DNA of 64,000 bases from an uncultured Candidatus Saccharibacteria bacterium (GCA_964461915.1 CAYWVD010000001.1:661910-725909); one strand, 5' to 3'. Shown: positions 17,704 to 28,263, counted from the stretch's first letter. Notes: generated by a model not told the origin, from the sequence alone. Numbers and translations are program-made.

Positions 17704-18024
17704 TTAAAAAACAAACAATGATATTAGTGGTAAAACCGGTAAAGCCAAATAAAGAAAAAATCCTAAAAATACTGCTACAGAGTATAAAAATAAAATGATC
17801 GAGCCCAAAAAAGCCCATAAAAGCCTAAAGGGAAAAGCTACAACCTTCCCTTGCCAAGACTCGTCTTGAAATAATGGCACAAATAAGTTTTTTGCCATTG
17901 GAATAATATTTAGATAAGCAAGAAAAAATGACCAATCCGAAAGGATTTTCTTTAAATGTTTTTTAGCCTCGACGAAGTACCACCAGACCCAAAAGTTCAG
18001 TATGTAGTTCTGAATTAATTGCAT
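17704..18024 (-). CDS. Small membrane protein (3 predicted TM).
   Basis: 106-aa hydrophobic ORF directly upstream of the Clp-like gene on the same strand. Confidence 0.4.
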   Translation of the reverse strand: MQLIQNYILNFWVWWYFVEAKKHLKKILSDWSFFLAYLNIIPMAKNLFVPLFQDESWQGKVVAFPFRLLWAFLGSIILFLYSVAVFLGFFLYLALPVLPLISLFVF

Positions 18025-18081
18025 TGGACAGTTAAATATTCAAATATCTTTTATAGTTTAACACAAGGATTTTTAGATATG

Positions 18082-18111
18082 AATAATCCCGACTTTTATG
18101 CCGGGATTATT
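18082..18111 (-). terminator. Perfect 10-bp inverted repeat (AATAATCCCG...CGGGATTATT) downstream of groEL; putative transcription terminator.
   Basis: Stem and loop seen directly in the sequence. The T-tract is weak. Confidence 0.35.
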
Positions 18112-18132
18112 TAAAATTCTTTTCTGGAATTT

Positions 18133-19767
<1,635 letters not shown>

Positions 19768-19785
19768 TTAAAAATTAAAATATGA

Positions 19786-20085
19786 TTAGTTAATAACTGC
19801 AAGAATAGAATCTTCGTCCATTATTAAATATTCTTCGCCATCAACTTCAACTTCATCTGGTGAATATTTTTTAAATATAACTGTATCGCCAACTTTTACA
19901 CTAAAAGGAAGTCTTCTCCCATCCATGCTTAGCCTACCGGCTCCAAGAGCAACAACTTCTCCCTTTTGGGGCTTCTCACCCTCTGATTTATCAGGTAATA
20001 AAATTCCACCTAAGGAATACTTTTCTGGAGAACTTGGCTTGACCAATATATTAGCTCCCATTGGTGTAATCTTTAATTTTGCCAT
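19786..20085 (-). CDS. groES: Co-chaperonin GroES (Cpn10).
   Basis: 99 aa: 'MAKLKITPMGANILVKP...GGILLPD...GEVVALGAG', immediately upstream of groEL. Confidence 0.9.
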   Translation of the reverse strand: MAKLKITPMGANILVKPSSPEKYSLGGILLPDKSEGEKPQKGEVVALGAGRLSMDGRRLPFSVKVGDTVIFKKYSPDEVEVDGEEYLIMDEDSILAVIN

Positions 20086-20114
20086 ATAAAATATTTAAAA
20101 AGTAAAGTTAAAAA

Positions 20115-20141
20115 TTAGCACTCTATTAGTTTATTTGCTAC
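20115..20141 (-). promoter_or_regulatory. Degenerate CIRCE-like element upstream of groES: one perfect half-site, one poor.
   Basis: On the gene sense strand the region reads GTAGCAAAT-N9-GAGTGCTAA, against the CIRCE consensus TTAGCACTC-N9-GAGTGCTAA. Confidence 0.25.
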
Positions 20142-20221
20142 TTCTTTGTTATTCGATTCTAGAGCATCTACGCAATTTTTGTCAAGAAAACAAAGGATTC
20201 GACGCCCCATAAAGACTTTAG

Positions 20222-22135
20222 CTAATCTAGGGCCGAGGTTTTTGTAAGTGAAATTTTTGAGACATCATCAGGAATCATTTGCCAAGCATAAGGGATATAT
20301 GAAGGATTATACCTTATTGTGACCTGCTCTATTCCGCTAATATTCTTAATATATTCTTTAGCTTCATTAACGGATTTACCTTTAATCTCCACTTTAAGAA
20401 TTTCTAAATCGATATCGTTTGCAGTTGATGCATTTGCCTTAATATCGAATGTTGCGATATTGTCTTTTATAACTATATTTTCAATAACCGGCTCACTAAC
20501 GGATACTTTGGCTACGCTATATTCACTTTTTAAGGACTCGGTTAAGATTGTTTTTAGATCAGATTTTGTAACACGCATTATTGAAAGTGTCATCTTAAGA
20601 TCGGCAGTAAAATTATCCGCCTTTTCGTTTTCTTTAACATTGGTAGTAAAAGACACCTCAGTAAATTTTTCACTACCCAATAACAATTGATCATCAACAG
20701 ATAATAAGTTTTTGATATCGGCTAGTAATGTTGTTTTTACTTGTTCGACCATACTTGCTTTTAAAGCCTCAATATCGGATTTTGCCAAAACATTTATTTC
20801 GGTTTTGGTGCCACCTGAAATTTGAGAGATATTTGAAGCGGTTACATCGGCAAAACCAGAAATTGTGAAATCTTGAAGAGTCTCTTTAATATTGTATTGC
20901 TCGCCAAAGGTTTCGGCGACAATTGTTCGAGTGTCACCCTTAAGAGCGTCTATGGTTATATCTTCTTGAGTTTTATACTTTAATGCAGTGTTATTTTGAT
21001 AAGTTAGTATGGTACCAGCCTTAATCGTTACCGGTTTATTAGAAGTGTTCATAAGAGCAACGGATCCTTTTGCGCTTTCACCCTCGGCCCCTTTACCTGT
21101 TGTTAAGGCTTCCGATGACAATGTACTTTCTTTAGTAATTTCGGTAGCAGGTACAATCAAATTTGGGATGTCCAACTGAGTAACATCTTTTTTGCCGGTT
21201 ATGCTCTTTTTAGCACTCAGTTTATTTTCGCTAAATTTGATATTGATATCGACAGAAGAAAAGAAGTAGAAGGAAACACCAAAGAATGCTACAAAAGCCA
21301 ATAAAAATCCGATTATGAATTTTTTAAACGAAACAATTTTGCCTATTTTTTGAAAAAATTCTTTTATCTTAACAAAAAATGCCCCGCTAGAATTGCGGGT
21401 ACGAGTCCTGAATGTATCACCAACACTATTCAATTGTTCTGTAACATCCTGCCCTACAAGGCCGGGATTTCTTCTATCCATATCTTTATCCTGATTCGCT
21501 AATTCTGAATCACTTGTTAAGTTTACTACTTTTTCAGGATTATTTCTATTCCTTTCTAATTCAAGCAATTCAACATGCTCATTAATATCTCCCCCTGAAT
21601 ATATTTTAAGATTACCAATATCAACAACTTTAGCCTTAATTCTGGGTTTTTCAACCGCCGGGAAATTAGTTGGAGTAGGCTCATCAAGAATTTCTGCTTT
21701 TACAAGTTTAGCCGTCTTTTCCTGTCCCTGAATTTGATCAGTTTGAGATTCGATATCTTCATCATCTACTACTCTTTCACCGAGTAGTTCGGCCTTTATA
21801 CGATTAATTTCGTCTATCATCTTGTCCTTATTTACCTTTGAAGCCATCCAGGATTCCTTGGTGATTTCACTAACTCTTTTACTTATAATAAGCCCTGCTT
21901 TTTCGCCCAATCCAAAAGAACCTTCATTATCTGAAACTAAAATTGCTAATTTCGGCGTTCTTAATAATTGCCTTGATAAGATTTTTAAACTGACTGCGCT
22001 ACTAATAAGAGCTGCCGTACTTGGAACAATTAAAATTACTCTATTGGTAGGAGCGTTAAGAATTTTTTCAATTATAAAAACGATTTCTTCGTCCGGTTCT
22101 ACAAATATTTTTAATGGTTTATTAGTATATGTCAT
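20222..22135 (-). CDS. Hypothetical bitopic membrane protein: about 260-aa cytoplasmic N-terminal domain, one TM, about 350-aa extracytoplasmic domain.
   Basis: 637 aa; TM 'FIIGFLLAFVAFFGVSFYFF'. Translationally coupled to the upstream FtsA-like gene (4-bp overlap). Confidence 0.5.
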   Translation of the reverse strand: MTYTNKPLKIFVEPDEEIVFIIEKILNAPTNRVILIVPSTAALISSAVSLKILSRQLLRTPKLAILVSDNEGSFGLGEKAGLIISKRVSEITKESWMASKVNKDKMIDEINRIKAELLGERVVDDEDIESQTDQIQGQEKTAKLVKAEILDEPTPTNFPAVEKPRIKAKVVDIGNLKIYSGGDINEHVELLELERNRNNPEKVVNLTSDSELANQDKDMDRRNPGLVGQDVTEQLNSVGDTFRTRTRNSSGAFFVKIKEFFQKIGKIVSFKKFIIGFLLAFVAFFGVSFYFFSSVDINIKFSENKLSAKKSITGKKDVTQLDIPNLIVPATEITKESTLSSEALTTGKGAEGESAKGSVALMNTSNKPVTIKAGTILTYQNNTALKYKTQEDITIDALKGDTRTIVAETFGEQYNIKETLQDFTISGFADVTASNISQISGGTKTEINVLAKSDIEALKASMVEQVKTTLLADIKNLLSVDDQLLLGSEKFTEVSFTTNVKENEKADNFTADLKMTLSIMRVTKSDLKTILTESLKSEYSVAKVSVSEPVIENIVIKDNIATFDIKANASTANDIDLEILKVEIKGKSVNEAKEYIKNISGIEQVTIRYNPSYIPYAWQMIPDDVSKISLTKTSALD

Positions 22136-23376
22136 TTGTTATTTTCTAAAACCATTCTAGCTAAAGATAGTGGCGTTACATCCATCGGATCGATAATTGA
22201 CCTTGTAAGATCTTCAATTTCATCAAGATTTTTTGGATACAAAAACTCTACCCTCGGAAATTTCATAAAATGTAATACTTGAAGCCAAGGATGTTCCATT
22301 AATGCAGTTTTCACTTCCGGTAAAGCAGACGACCCTCCGCAAAGATAAATAACTGAAGGATAACTCTCAACATCTTCAATTTCTTTTAACCCAAGTTCGA
22401 CTCCATCCGCCCAAACCTGAAAGTCCTTGACCAAAACCGATTTAATTTTATCGGACTCAGCCTTTTGAGCTTTACCATTAGAATAGCTAATTTTCAAATC
22501 TTCCGCGGCATTAAGATCGATACCAAAATCGTGAGCCATCCTTTTAGTGATAACTCTTCCTCCAAAGGCGAACATTTTTGTTCCAGCCACAACTCCCTTT
22601 TCGATGACGGCAATATCGGTAGTTCCACCGCCCAGATCAAGAATAATCGCATTAAAGTCTTCTTTTCTGCCCCCGGCAATAGCCCTAGCCACCGCATAAG
22701 GCTCTACCTCAATATTGATAAGTTGAAGATTTAAGTTTTTCGCAACTTGTTTTAATGAATTGATATGAAGGGATGGGGCAAAAGTTGAAAATACTCTGTA
22801 TGTAATATTTTTACCAGTAAAGTTTGTTGGATCATCGACCTTAACTCCATCAATATATGTTGCGTTAATTTTTGTATTTATCTCCTCGAGGGATTCGGGT
22901 TTAACGCCAATTTCTTCTGCAATATCAATCAATGCGTCGTTAAATGCTTCTTCTTTAATATGTTTTATTACATCGTCAAGTTCTTTCTGGATGATTTTAA
23001 CCTTGGGATTTTCTCTTTCATAATCAGCCATTATGGTAACCCCCCTTACCAACTCGCCTGCAATACCTATTATGCATTTTCGAGGGATCATTAATCTACT
23101 GTTTTTATCTTTGGAAGGATTGTGCTTCTCGGCATAGGCTATTGCCGAACCTATAGCCATATCGCACGCATTTGTTACATTTTCAATATTAATGATCATT
23201 GCTCCCTGCATTGAATTTGTATGCTGTCTGCAACGACCATATCCTTTGACGAATATTTTCTTTTCTATTGAATCTACCGTAAAAAGAACCGCTTTTACAT
23301 ATTCAGTACCGATATCTAGGGCAACTTGAACTTCACCCTCCTTTGATTTCTTTTTAAAAAAACTGAGAAACGACAA
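22132..23376 (-). CDS. FtsA/PilM-like actin-family ATPase.
   Basis: 414 aa with phosphate-1 'VALDIGTEYVKAV', 'ILDLGGGTTDIAVIEKG' and 'FAFGGRVITKRMAHDFGIDLNAAEDLK' motifs of FtsA-type actin homologues. No ftsZ is adjacent. Confidence 0.55.
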   Translation of the reverse strand: MSFLSFFKKKSKEGEVQVALDIGTEYVKAVLFTVDSIEKKIFVKGYGRCRQHTNSMQGAMIINIENVTNACDMAIGSAIAYAEKHNPSKDKNSRLMIPRKCIIGIAGELVRGVTIMADYERENPKVKIIQKELDDVIKHIKEEAFNDALIDIAEEIGVKPESLEEINTKINATYIDGVKVDDPTNFTGKNITYRVFSTFAPSLHINSLKQVAKNLNLQLINIEVEPYAVARAIAGGRKEDFNAIILDLGGGTTDIAVIEKGVVAGTKMFAFGGRVITKRMAHDFGIDLNAAEDLKISYSNGKAQKAESDKIKSVLVKDFQVWADGVELGLKEIEDVESYPSVIYLCGGSSALPEVKTALMEHPWLQVLHFMKFPRVEFLYPKNLDEIEDLTRSIIDPMDVTPLSLARMVLENNK

Positions 23377-23453
23377 TTCTTTTTATTTCTAAAATATATA
23401 TTAGTTTACCAATAATATACCAAAAAGTTAAATCTCAACATATACGATTGGCA

Positions 23454-23483
23454 TTGACTTATTATCAATAACTGATATATAAT
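23454..23483 (+). promoter_or_regulatory. Sigma70-like promoter (TTGACT-N18-TATAAT) in the divergent intergenic region, followed by RBS AGAGG 5 nt before the ATG at 23515.
   Basis: Hexamers read directly from the sequence. No experimental support. Confidence 0.35.
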
Positions 23484-23514
23484 CAGGTCGAATTTTAAAT
23501 ATTACAGAGGTTAA

Positions 23515-24096
23515 ATGAAGGTATCATTTATTTTTTCCCAAACCGATTCAAAATTTAATAAAAACTATACAAACATAACCTCTGCCCTAGAAAATGCTGG
23601 CAATAAAGTTTCTGTTATAAAATTGAATGAAGTTTCCACAGAACCCGAACAAGCAAAAAAAGAATATCAAAAAATAATAAATTCTATTAAAAAATCTGAT
23701 TTTATTGTTATTGAAACTTCTGTACAAGCAAGCATTATTGGGTTTTTAATGTCTACTGCAATAAACGAAAAGAAGCCAATCCTTGCATTAAGTGATGAAA
23801 AACTAGGAAAAGATTCAGAATCATTCTGGAATTATGCTATTAAAAACAAATTATTGTCCTGTAAAACTTATTCACTAAAGAATATTAACGAAGTGATTGC
23901 TGAATTTTTAAATTCAGTTAAAAAGATTATTGATACAAAATTCATTTTAATCATCTCTCCTGAAATTGATTCCTATCTTGAATGGGCATCTGAGAATAGA
24001 AGAATGCACAAGGCTCAAGTAGTTAGAAGAGCCGTCGAAGAAATTATGTCCCTTGATAAGGAATACAAAAAATTCATTACTTCTACCAAGAAATAA
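23515..24096 (+). CDS. Hypothetical protein: flavodoxin-like (nucleoside-deoxyribosyltransferase/YtoQ-like) N-domain fused to a C-terminal ribbon-helix-helix-like segment.
   Basis: 193 aa. The C-terminal 'FILIISPEIDSYLEWASENRRMHKAQVVRRAVEEIM' fits the strand-helix-helix RHH pattern. The N-terminal half has a 'DFIVIETSVQASIIGFLMSTAINEKKPILAL' Rossmann-like pattern. Confidence 0.4.
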   Translation: MKVSFIFSQTDSKFNKNYTNITSALENAGNKVSVIKLNEVSTEPEQAKKEYQKIINSIKKSDFIVIETSVQASIIGFLMSTAINEKKPILALSDEKLGKDSESFWNYAIKNKLLSCKTYSLKNINEVIAEFLNSVKKIIDTKFILIISPEIDSYLEWASENRRMHKAQVVRRAVEEIMSLDKEYKKFITSTKK

Positions 24097-25593
24097 TTAG
24101 GAGAAGACTCCAATATCGAGCGGAATGTATTCCTTGAAATTATCTTTTGTTACTCTGTAAACTTTCCCTTCGTTAAGGACGATTTTCTTTGCTATTTTGC
24201 GGACAAACATCCTTAAAGTCCTTTCGAGTTGTCGAATACCGGCGTCAAAACCTAGAGGCCTAATAACAAGAGGCCAAACATCATCATCGAAAATAATATT
24301 GTCATTAGTAAGCCCCGAATCACTCATTACCTTAGGCAATAAATAATGCCTAGCAATATTTATTTTTTCTTCGTCTGTATACGAAATCATACGAATAATT
24401 TCCAACCTATCCAAAAGTGCTGCAGAAATTCCACCAAGATTATTTGCCGTACAGATAAATACGCATTTAGAAAGATCGACCGGGAAGTCCAGATAATGAT
24501 CTCTAAAAGCATAATTCTGTTCAGGGTCAAGGATTTCCAAAAGAACAGCCATAACATCTGCTTGAACGGAATTTTCTTTTGAAACCTTGTCAATTTCATC
24601 AAGAAGAATTAACGGATTCATTACGCCCGACCTGATAAAAGCCTTAATAATTTGGCCCGGCTCAGCATTTGGCTCACTAGTCACAACACCTCTTAATTCG
24701 GTAACATTGGCAAGGCCTCCTAAAGGTATTCTGATGAATTGTCTATTTAATGCGGCGGCAATAGATTTTGCGATTGAAGTTTTTCCAATACCCTGTACAC
24801 CCACAAAACAAATAACTGGAGCCCTACTTATCGCCTCTTTATTTTTTAAATCCACCTCAAATTTTGTAGGACTTTCTGGAGCGGCTTTTTCTGCTTCTAT
24901 GACAGTTGCTGTTTTGGGATCAATATTTCCTTCCAGAATTTGTTCCGGAGATTTTGCCATATTTTGGATTGAATCCACCTGAGGCTCCTGCTTTGCTCCC
25001 GGAGGCAACACTGCCCTTGCGGCCGATTCAATCGCAGAATCGACCTCTTTTTCTTCAATAATCTCTTCTGGATTTTCTTCTTTTTTTTCGTGGATATCTA
25101 TAACGCCCGATTCATTTACTTGCTGAGTTGGCATTGATGGCGCTGAATCTAATACTTTTGCCTGAGACTCTTTTTGCTCAAGATAAATTTTATTGGATTC
25201 TTCACGAGTAGGAGTACCTGATAAAAACTTCTCTTGATTTGAAAGCAGATTTAACATTGCGACATATTCCAACAACCTTTCCTTTACACCTTCTAATCCA
25301 AAATGGGTACTGTCTAATTGTCTTTTGACATTGCCAAGATCTAAATTGTCTTCGGTGGATTTGTTCCAGGGTATCCTAGTTATCCATCCGATATATTTTT
25401 CGACAGGCTCAAATTCTTTTGAAAAATAGCCATACTTGGCTAACCTCTTAAGTCTGTTAAGCATATTTAAAGACTTAGTTTTTAGTTCCTGTGGAAGGTC
25501 AGCACCTAAGACTTTTGCTTCAAGGGATTCTATTTCGGCTGTTTCTTCAGAAGATATTACTGGAGTATTGTCGGAATTTTGGGGCAATGACAT
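24097..25593 (-). CDS. Lon-like AAA+ ATPase module lacking both the LonN substrate domain and the C-terminal protease domain.
   Basis: 498 aa. 'WITRIPWNKSTEDNLDLGNVKRQLDSTHFGLEGVKERLLEYVA' aligns with the Lon pre-AAA region. 'ICFVGVQGIGKTSIAKSIAAALNRQFIRIPLGGLANVTELRG...PGQIIKAFI...PLILLDEIDKV' is the Lon AAA+ core. The protein ends at '...GIRQLERTLRMFVRKIAKK...', where Lon normally continues into the Ser-Lys protease domain. A convergent gene abuts the stop. Confidence 0.65.
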   Translation of the reverse strand: MSLPQNSDNTPVISSEETAEIESLEAKVLGADLPQELKTKSLNMLNRLKRLAKYGYFSKEFEPVEKYIGWITRIPWNKSTEDNLDLGNVKRQLDSTHFGLEGVKERLLEYVAMLNLLSNQEKFLSGTPTREESNKIYLEQKESQAKVLDSAPSMPTQQVNESGVIDIHEKKEENPEEIIEEKEVDSAIESAARAVLPPGAKQEPQVDSIQNMAKSPEQILEGNIDPKTATVIEAEKAAPESPTKFEVDLKNKEAISRAPVICFVGVQGIGKTSIAKSIAAALNRQFIRIPLGGLANVTELRGVVTSEPNAEPGQIIKAFIRSGVMNPLILLDEIDKVSKENSVQADVMAVLLEILDPEQNYAFRDHYLDFPVDLSKCVFICTANNLGGISAALLDRLEIIRMISYTDEEKINIARHYLLPKVMSDSGLTNDNIIFDDDVWPLVIRPLGFDAGIRQLERTLRMFVRKIAKKIVLNEGKVYRVTKDNFKEYIPLDIGVFS

Positions 25594-25662
25594 ATAAAAT
25601 TCACCTATTAAACAATGATATATCTTAAGTTATAACAGATAGATAATAGTGTCAATTGGTAG

Positions 25663-25697
25663 AAATAAAAACGGCACAAAAATTTTGTGCCGTTTTA
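25663..25697 (-). terminator. Rho-independent terminator downstream of rplY.
   Basis: Perfect 13-bp stem AAACGGCACAAAA/TTTTGTGCCGTTT with a 3-nt loop, followed on the minus strand by TTTTATTT. Confidence 0.55.
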
Positions 25698-25718
25698 AAT
25701 ATTTTTAAGAAAATAAGC

Positions 25719-26369
25719 TTATTTAGCTTCTTCTTTACCCTCTTCGGTTTTAGCTTCACCCTCAGAAGGAGCAGCTTCTTCACCTTCAGCTGTCTTTGTT
25801 TCTTCTTCGATTGCTTTTTGAGGAGCTGAGATTGCAGCCAAGACAATGTCTTTTGCATGACTACCGACTAATTCAACACCTTCTGGCAATTTGATATCTT
25901 TGACAAAGATCTTGTCTCCGACATTATCCAAGCCGTTGATATCAACCACTATTCCTTCTGGAATTTTATTAGGCAAACATTTTACCTCTACTTGCGAAAC
26001 AGAAGTAACTAAAATACCCAAGTTGTTTTTAACTGCCATTGATAAGCCGGTAAATGAAACTGGAAGGAATGTTGCGATCTTCTGTTCCATATCTACTTTG
26101 TAGATTGATACATGTAGGATTTCTGCTCCTAGATAATCATATTGCACATCTTTTAATAAGACCTTCTCAGTTTTACCATCAGGCATTTCAAGATCGAATA
26201 ATTTTGTGAATCCGACTTCTTTAAAAAGAGCTTTGAATTCTTTTTTTCCTAAAGCGAGATTAATGGTTGGTTGTTTTGGACCATAAACCGAAGCAGGAAT
26301 TAAATTTTGCTTTCGAAGATTTTTGACCCCTTTGCCAACAACTTCTCTTTTTTGTGATTTAAGTACCAT
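25719..26369 (-). CDS. rplY: 50S ribosomal protein L25 / general stress protein Ctc form.
   Basis: 216 aa: 'KREVVGKGVKNLRKQNLIPASVYGPKQPTINLAL...' and a C-terminal acidic extension typical of Ctc-type L25. Confidence 0.85.
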   Translation of the reverse strand: MVLKSQKREVVGKGVKNLRKQNLIPASVYGPKQPTINLALGKKEFKALFKEVGFTKLFDLEMPDGKTEKVLLKDVQYDYLGAEILHVSIYKVDMEQKIATFLPVSFTGLSMAVKNNLGILVTSVSQVEVKCLPNKIPEGIVVDINGLDNVGDKIFVKDIKLPEGVELVGSHAKDIVLAAISAPQKAIEEETKTAEGEEAAPSEGEAKTEEGKEEAK

Positions 26370-26395
26370 GTTTATAAAAATAATAATTTATTTAT

Positions 26396-26881
26396 TTATT
26401 TTGATTTAATTATAACTCGTCGATCTTCACCCTCGCCAATACTTTCGGTCTCAAGTTCGGGATCATCTTTCAAGATCATGTGAACTATTCTTCTTTCGAA
26501 TGGCTTCATTGGAGGAAGCTCTAGTGGTTGTTTATTCATTTTAACTTCTTGGGCTGCTCTTTCGGTATATTTTGTTAAATAATCTGTTCTTCTATCTCGA
26601 TAATCATTCACATCAACAATAACTCGATAGCTATTACCTTCGATTGATTTGTTGATAAACAAACCTAAGATATTTTGCAAGCCTTCGAGCATTTTACCAT
26701 GAAACCCGATAAGCTCAGATAGATGCTCACCTTCGAGTTCTATCATAATATATTTGTATGGAACCTCTTCTTTTGAATCGGCATCCATGAAAGATACTTT
26801 GATTTCACCATCTAATCCAAGCTGAGTTAAAAACTCCTCGGTTTGGCTTTTTGCTAAATCTAAAATTTGTGACTCGTCCAT
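26396..26881 (-). CDS. jag: Jag-like KH/R3H RNA-binding protein.
   Basis: 161 aa ending '...ERRIVHMILKDDPELETESIGEGEDRRVIIK' (R3H motif). Sits immediately downstream of yidC, as in the canonical yidC-jag operon. Confidence 0.75.
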   Translation of the reverse strand: MDESQILDLAKSQTEEFLTQLGLDGEIKVSFMDADSKEEVPYKYIMIELEGEHLSELIGFHGKMLEGLQNILGLFINKSIEGNSYRVIVDVNDYRDRRTDYLTKYTERAAQEVKMNKQPLELPPMKPFERRIVHMILKDDPELETESIGEGEDRRVIIKSK

Positions 26882-26895
26882 TTTATTAAAAATAA

Positions 26896-28263
26896 TTATT
26901 TTGTTTTAATTTTAGATACATCATCCGCTTTATTGAAATAAAGCTTTAACTTTGTAAACTTTTCTTGGATTTTCTTAATTAAAGAATCTCTTTGAATAAT
27001 CATCTGTTGAATTATAACAAAGGTATTCTGTGCAGTCCAGAAAAGTGTTACCCCCATAGGGATAAAACTCGATCCGCCAAAATATCCTAAAGAAATTGCA
27101 ACAGTAAAAATCGGGAATAGCATGTTCATCTGTTTAGACGATTGTTGCATCATTTCTGCAAAATCAGGCTCTTCTTCCTCTTTTGTTTTTTTCTTTTTGT
27201 TTTTAGTATTCTTATCCTCTTGTTCTTGGGAAGTTGCTGTTGCCCCAGAGTATAACTTGCTAACAAAGTATTGAGTAATACCACTCAAAACGGCTATTAG
27301 TATATATGGTGCAGTTATCGAAAGATTTAACAGATCAAAATCAGAAGCCACCTTTGATAGATTGACACCTAAGAAGTTTAAACCTAATGGATCTCCTTGT
27401 TGAAATTCAATATTATCAGTTATTAAAATATTATCAATTTTTAACTCAGCTTTTGAATAATCAATTGTTTGATTTGATGGCGGCCTAATAAAAAATGTTA
27501 GATCCGGATTGTTTTTTTCAATTAAATAAGCCTTATCGCTCTCCGTTGTGAAAAATAAGAATTTCGACAATTCAATGCCAGTTAAGCTAGACTCAATATC
27601 TTTATTAAAAACGGATATATCCGAAGCTCTTTCGGCCTGTAATAACTTCTCAAGATTTGTTCTTTTTTCGTTCTTTTGTTCGTCTGAAAGATTTTTCAAT
27701 TCAGTTTTCAACGATTCAACTCTTTCCGTTTTGTTGGAAACGACCTCAAATTCGTATTTTTTTTCAAGAGTATTACCTTCGCTTGAGACAATTTTTAGAT
27801 CAATGCTATGTTTACCTTCGGTAAAATTCTCGGGAAGATTGTATTTAATATAGTCTTCCTTTTTTTCGAGGACCTCGGAATACGAAACTTCATTAAAAGA
27901 GTGATATCCCTTGTTAACCAAGTCTAAAATAACTCCCCTAATTTGAATAAACATTATTATGAAAATAATTATTGAAAAACAACCACCCAACTGACCAGGC
28001 AGAACTTCCGCTTGGACTTTTGCCATTTCTTTGGTTAATTTTTCTTGATTGTTTTTGTATTTTTCCTTAAGTTCTTTGAATTTTACTTGGAGTTTTTTAC
28101 TTTTTTCAGCGTTTTTAACTTGGGCATTAGTTAGGGGTAAAGTTATAAGCTTAGAAAACAATGCTATCAATATAATACTCAAGCCTAAGGAACCAAACCA
28201 ACCGGTGAACAACATCAATAAATTGTATGTTGGCTGATAAAAAAGAACATGAAAAATATCCAT
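26896..28263 (-). CDS. yidC: Membrane protein insertase YidC/Oxa1 family, with a large extracytoplasmic insertion.
   Basis: 455 aa. N-terminal 'FYQPTYNLLMLFTGWFG...ILIALFSKLITLPLTNAQVKNAEKSKKLQ...' and C-terminal 'NMLFPIFTVAISLGYFGGSSFIPMGVTLFWTAQNTFVIIQQMII' match YidC conserved TM regions. Confidence 0.8.
   Translation of the reverse strand: MDIFHVLFYQPTYNLLMLFTGWFGSLGLSIILIALFSKLITLPLTNAQVKNAEKSKKLQVKFKELKEKYKNNQEKLTKEMAKVQAEVLPGQLGGCFSIIIFIIMFIQIRGVILDLVNKGYHSFNEVSYSEVLEKKEDYIKYNLPENFTEGKHSIDLKIVSSEGNTLEKKYEFEVVSNKTERVESLKTELKNLSDEQKNEKRTNLEKLLQAERASDISVFNKDIESSLTGIELSKFLFFTTESDKAYLIEKNNPDLTFFIRPPSNQTIDYSKAELKIDNILITDNIEFQQGDPLGLNFLGVNLSKVASDFDLLNLSITAPYILIAVLSGITQYFVSKLYSGATATSQEQEDKNTKNKKKKTKEEEEPDFAEMMQQSSKQMNMLFPIFTVAISLGYFGGSSFIPMGVTLFWTAQNTFVIIQQMIIQRDSLIKKIQEKFTKLKLYFNKADDVSKIKTK

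Noticed and set aside
25652-25858. 68-aa K/Q-rich minus-strand ORF.
   Set aside because: It overlaps the 3' end of rplY in another frame and spans the rplY terminator hairpin. Spurious.
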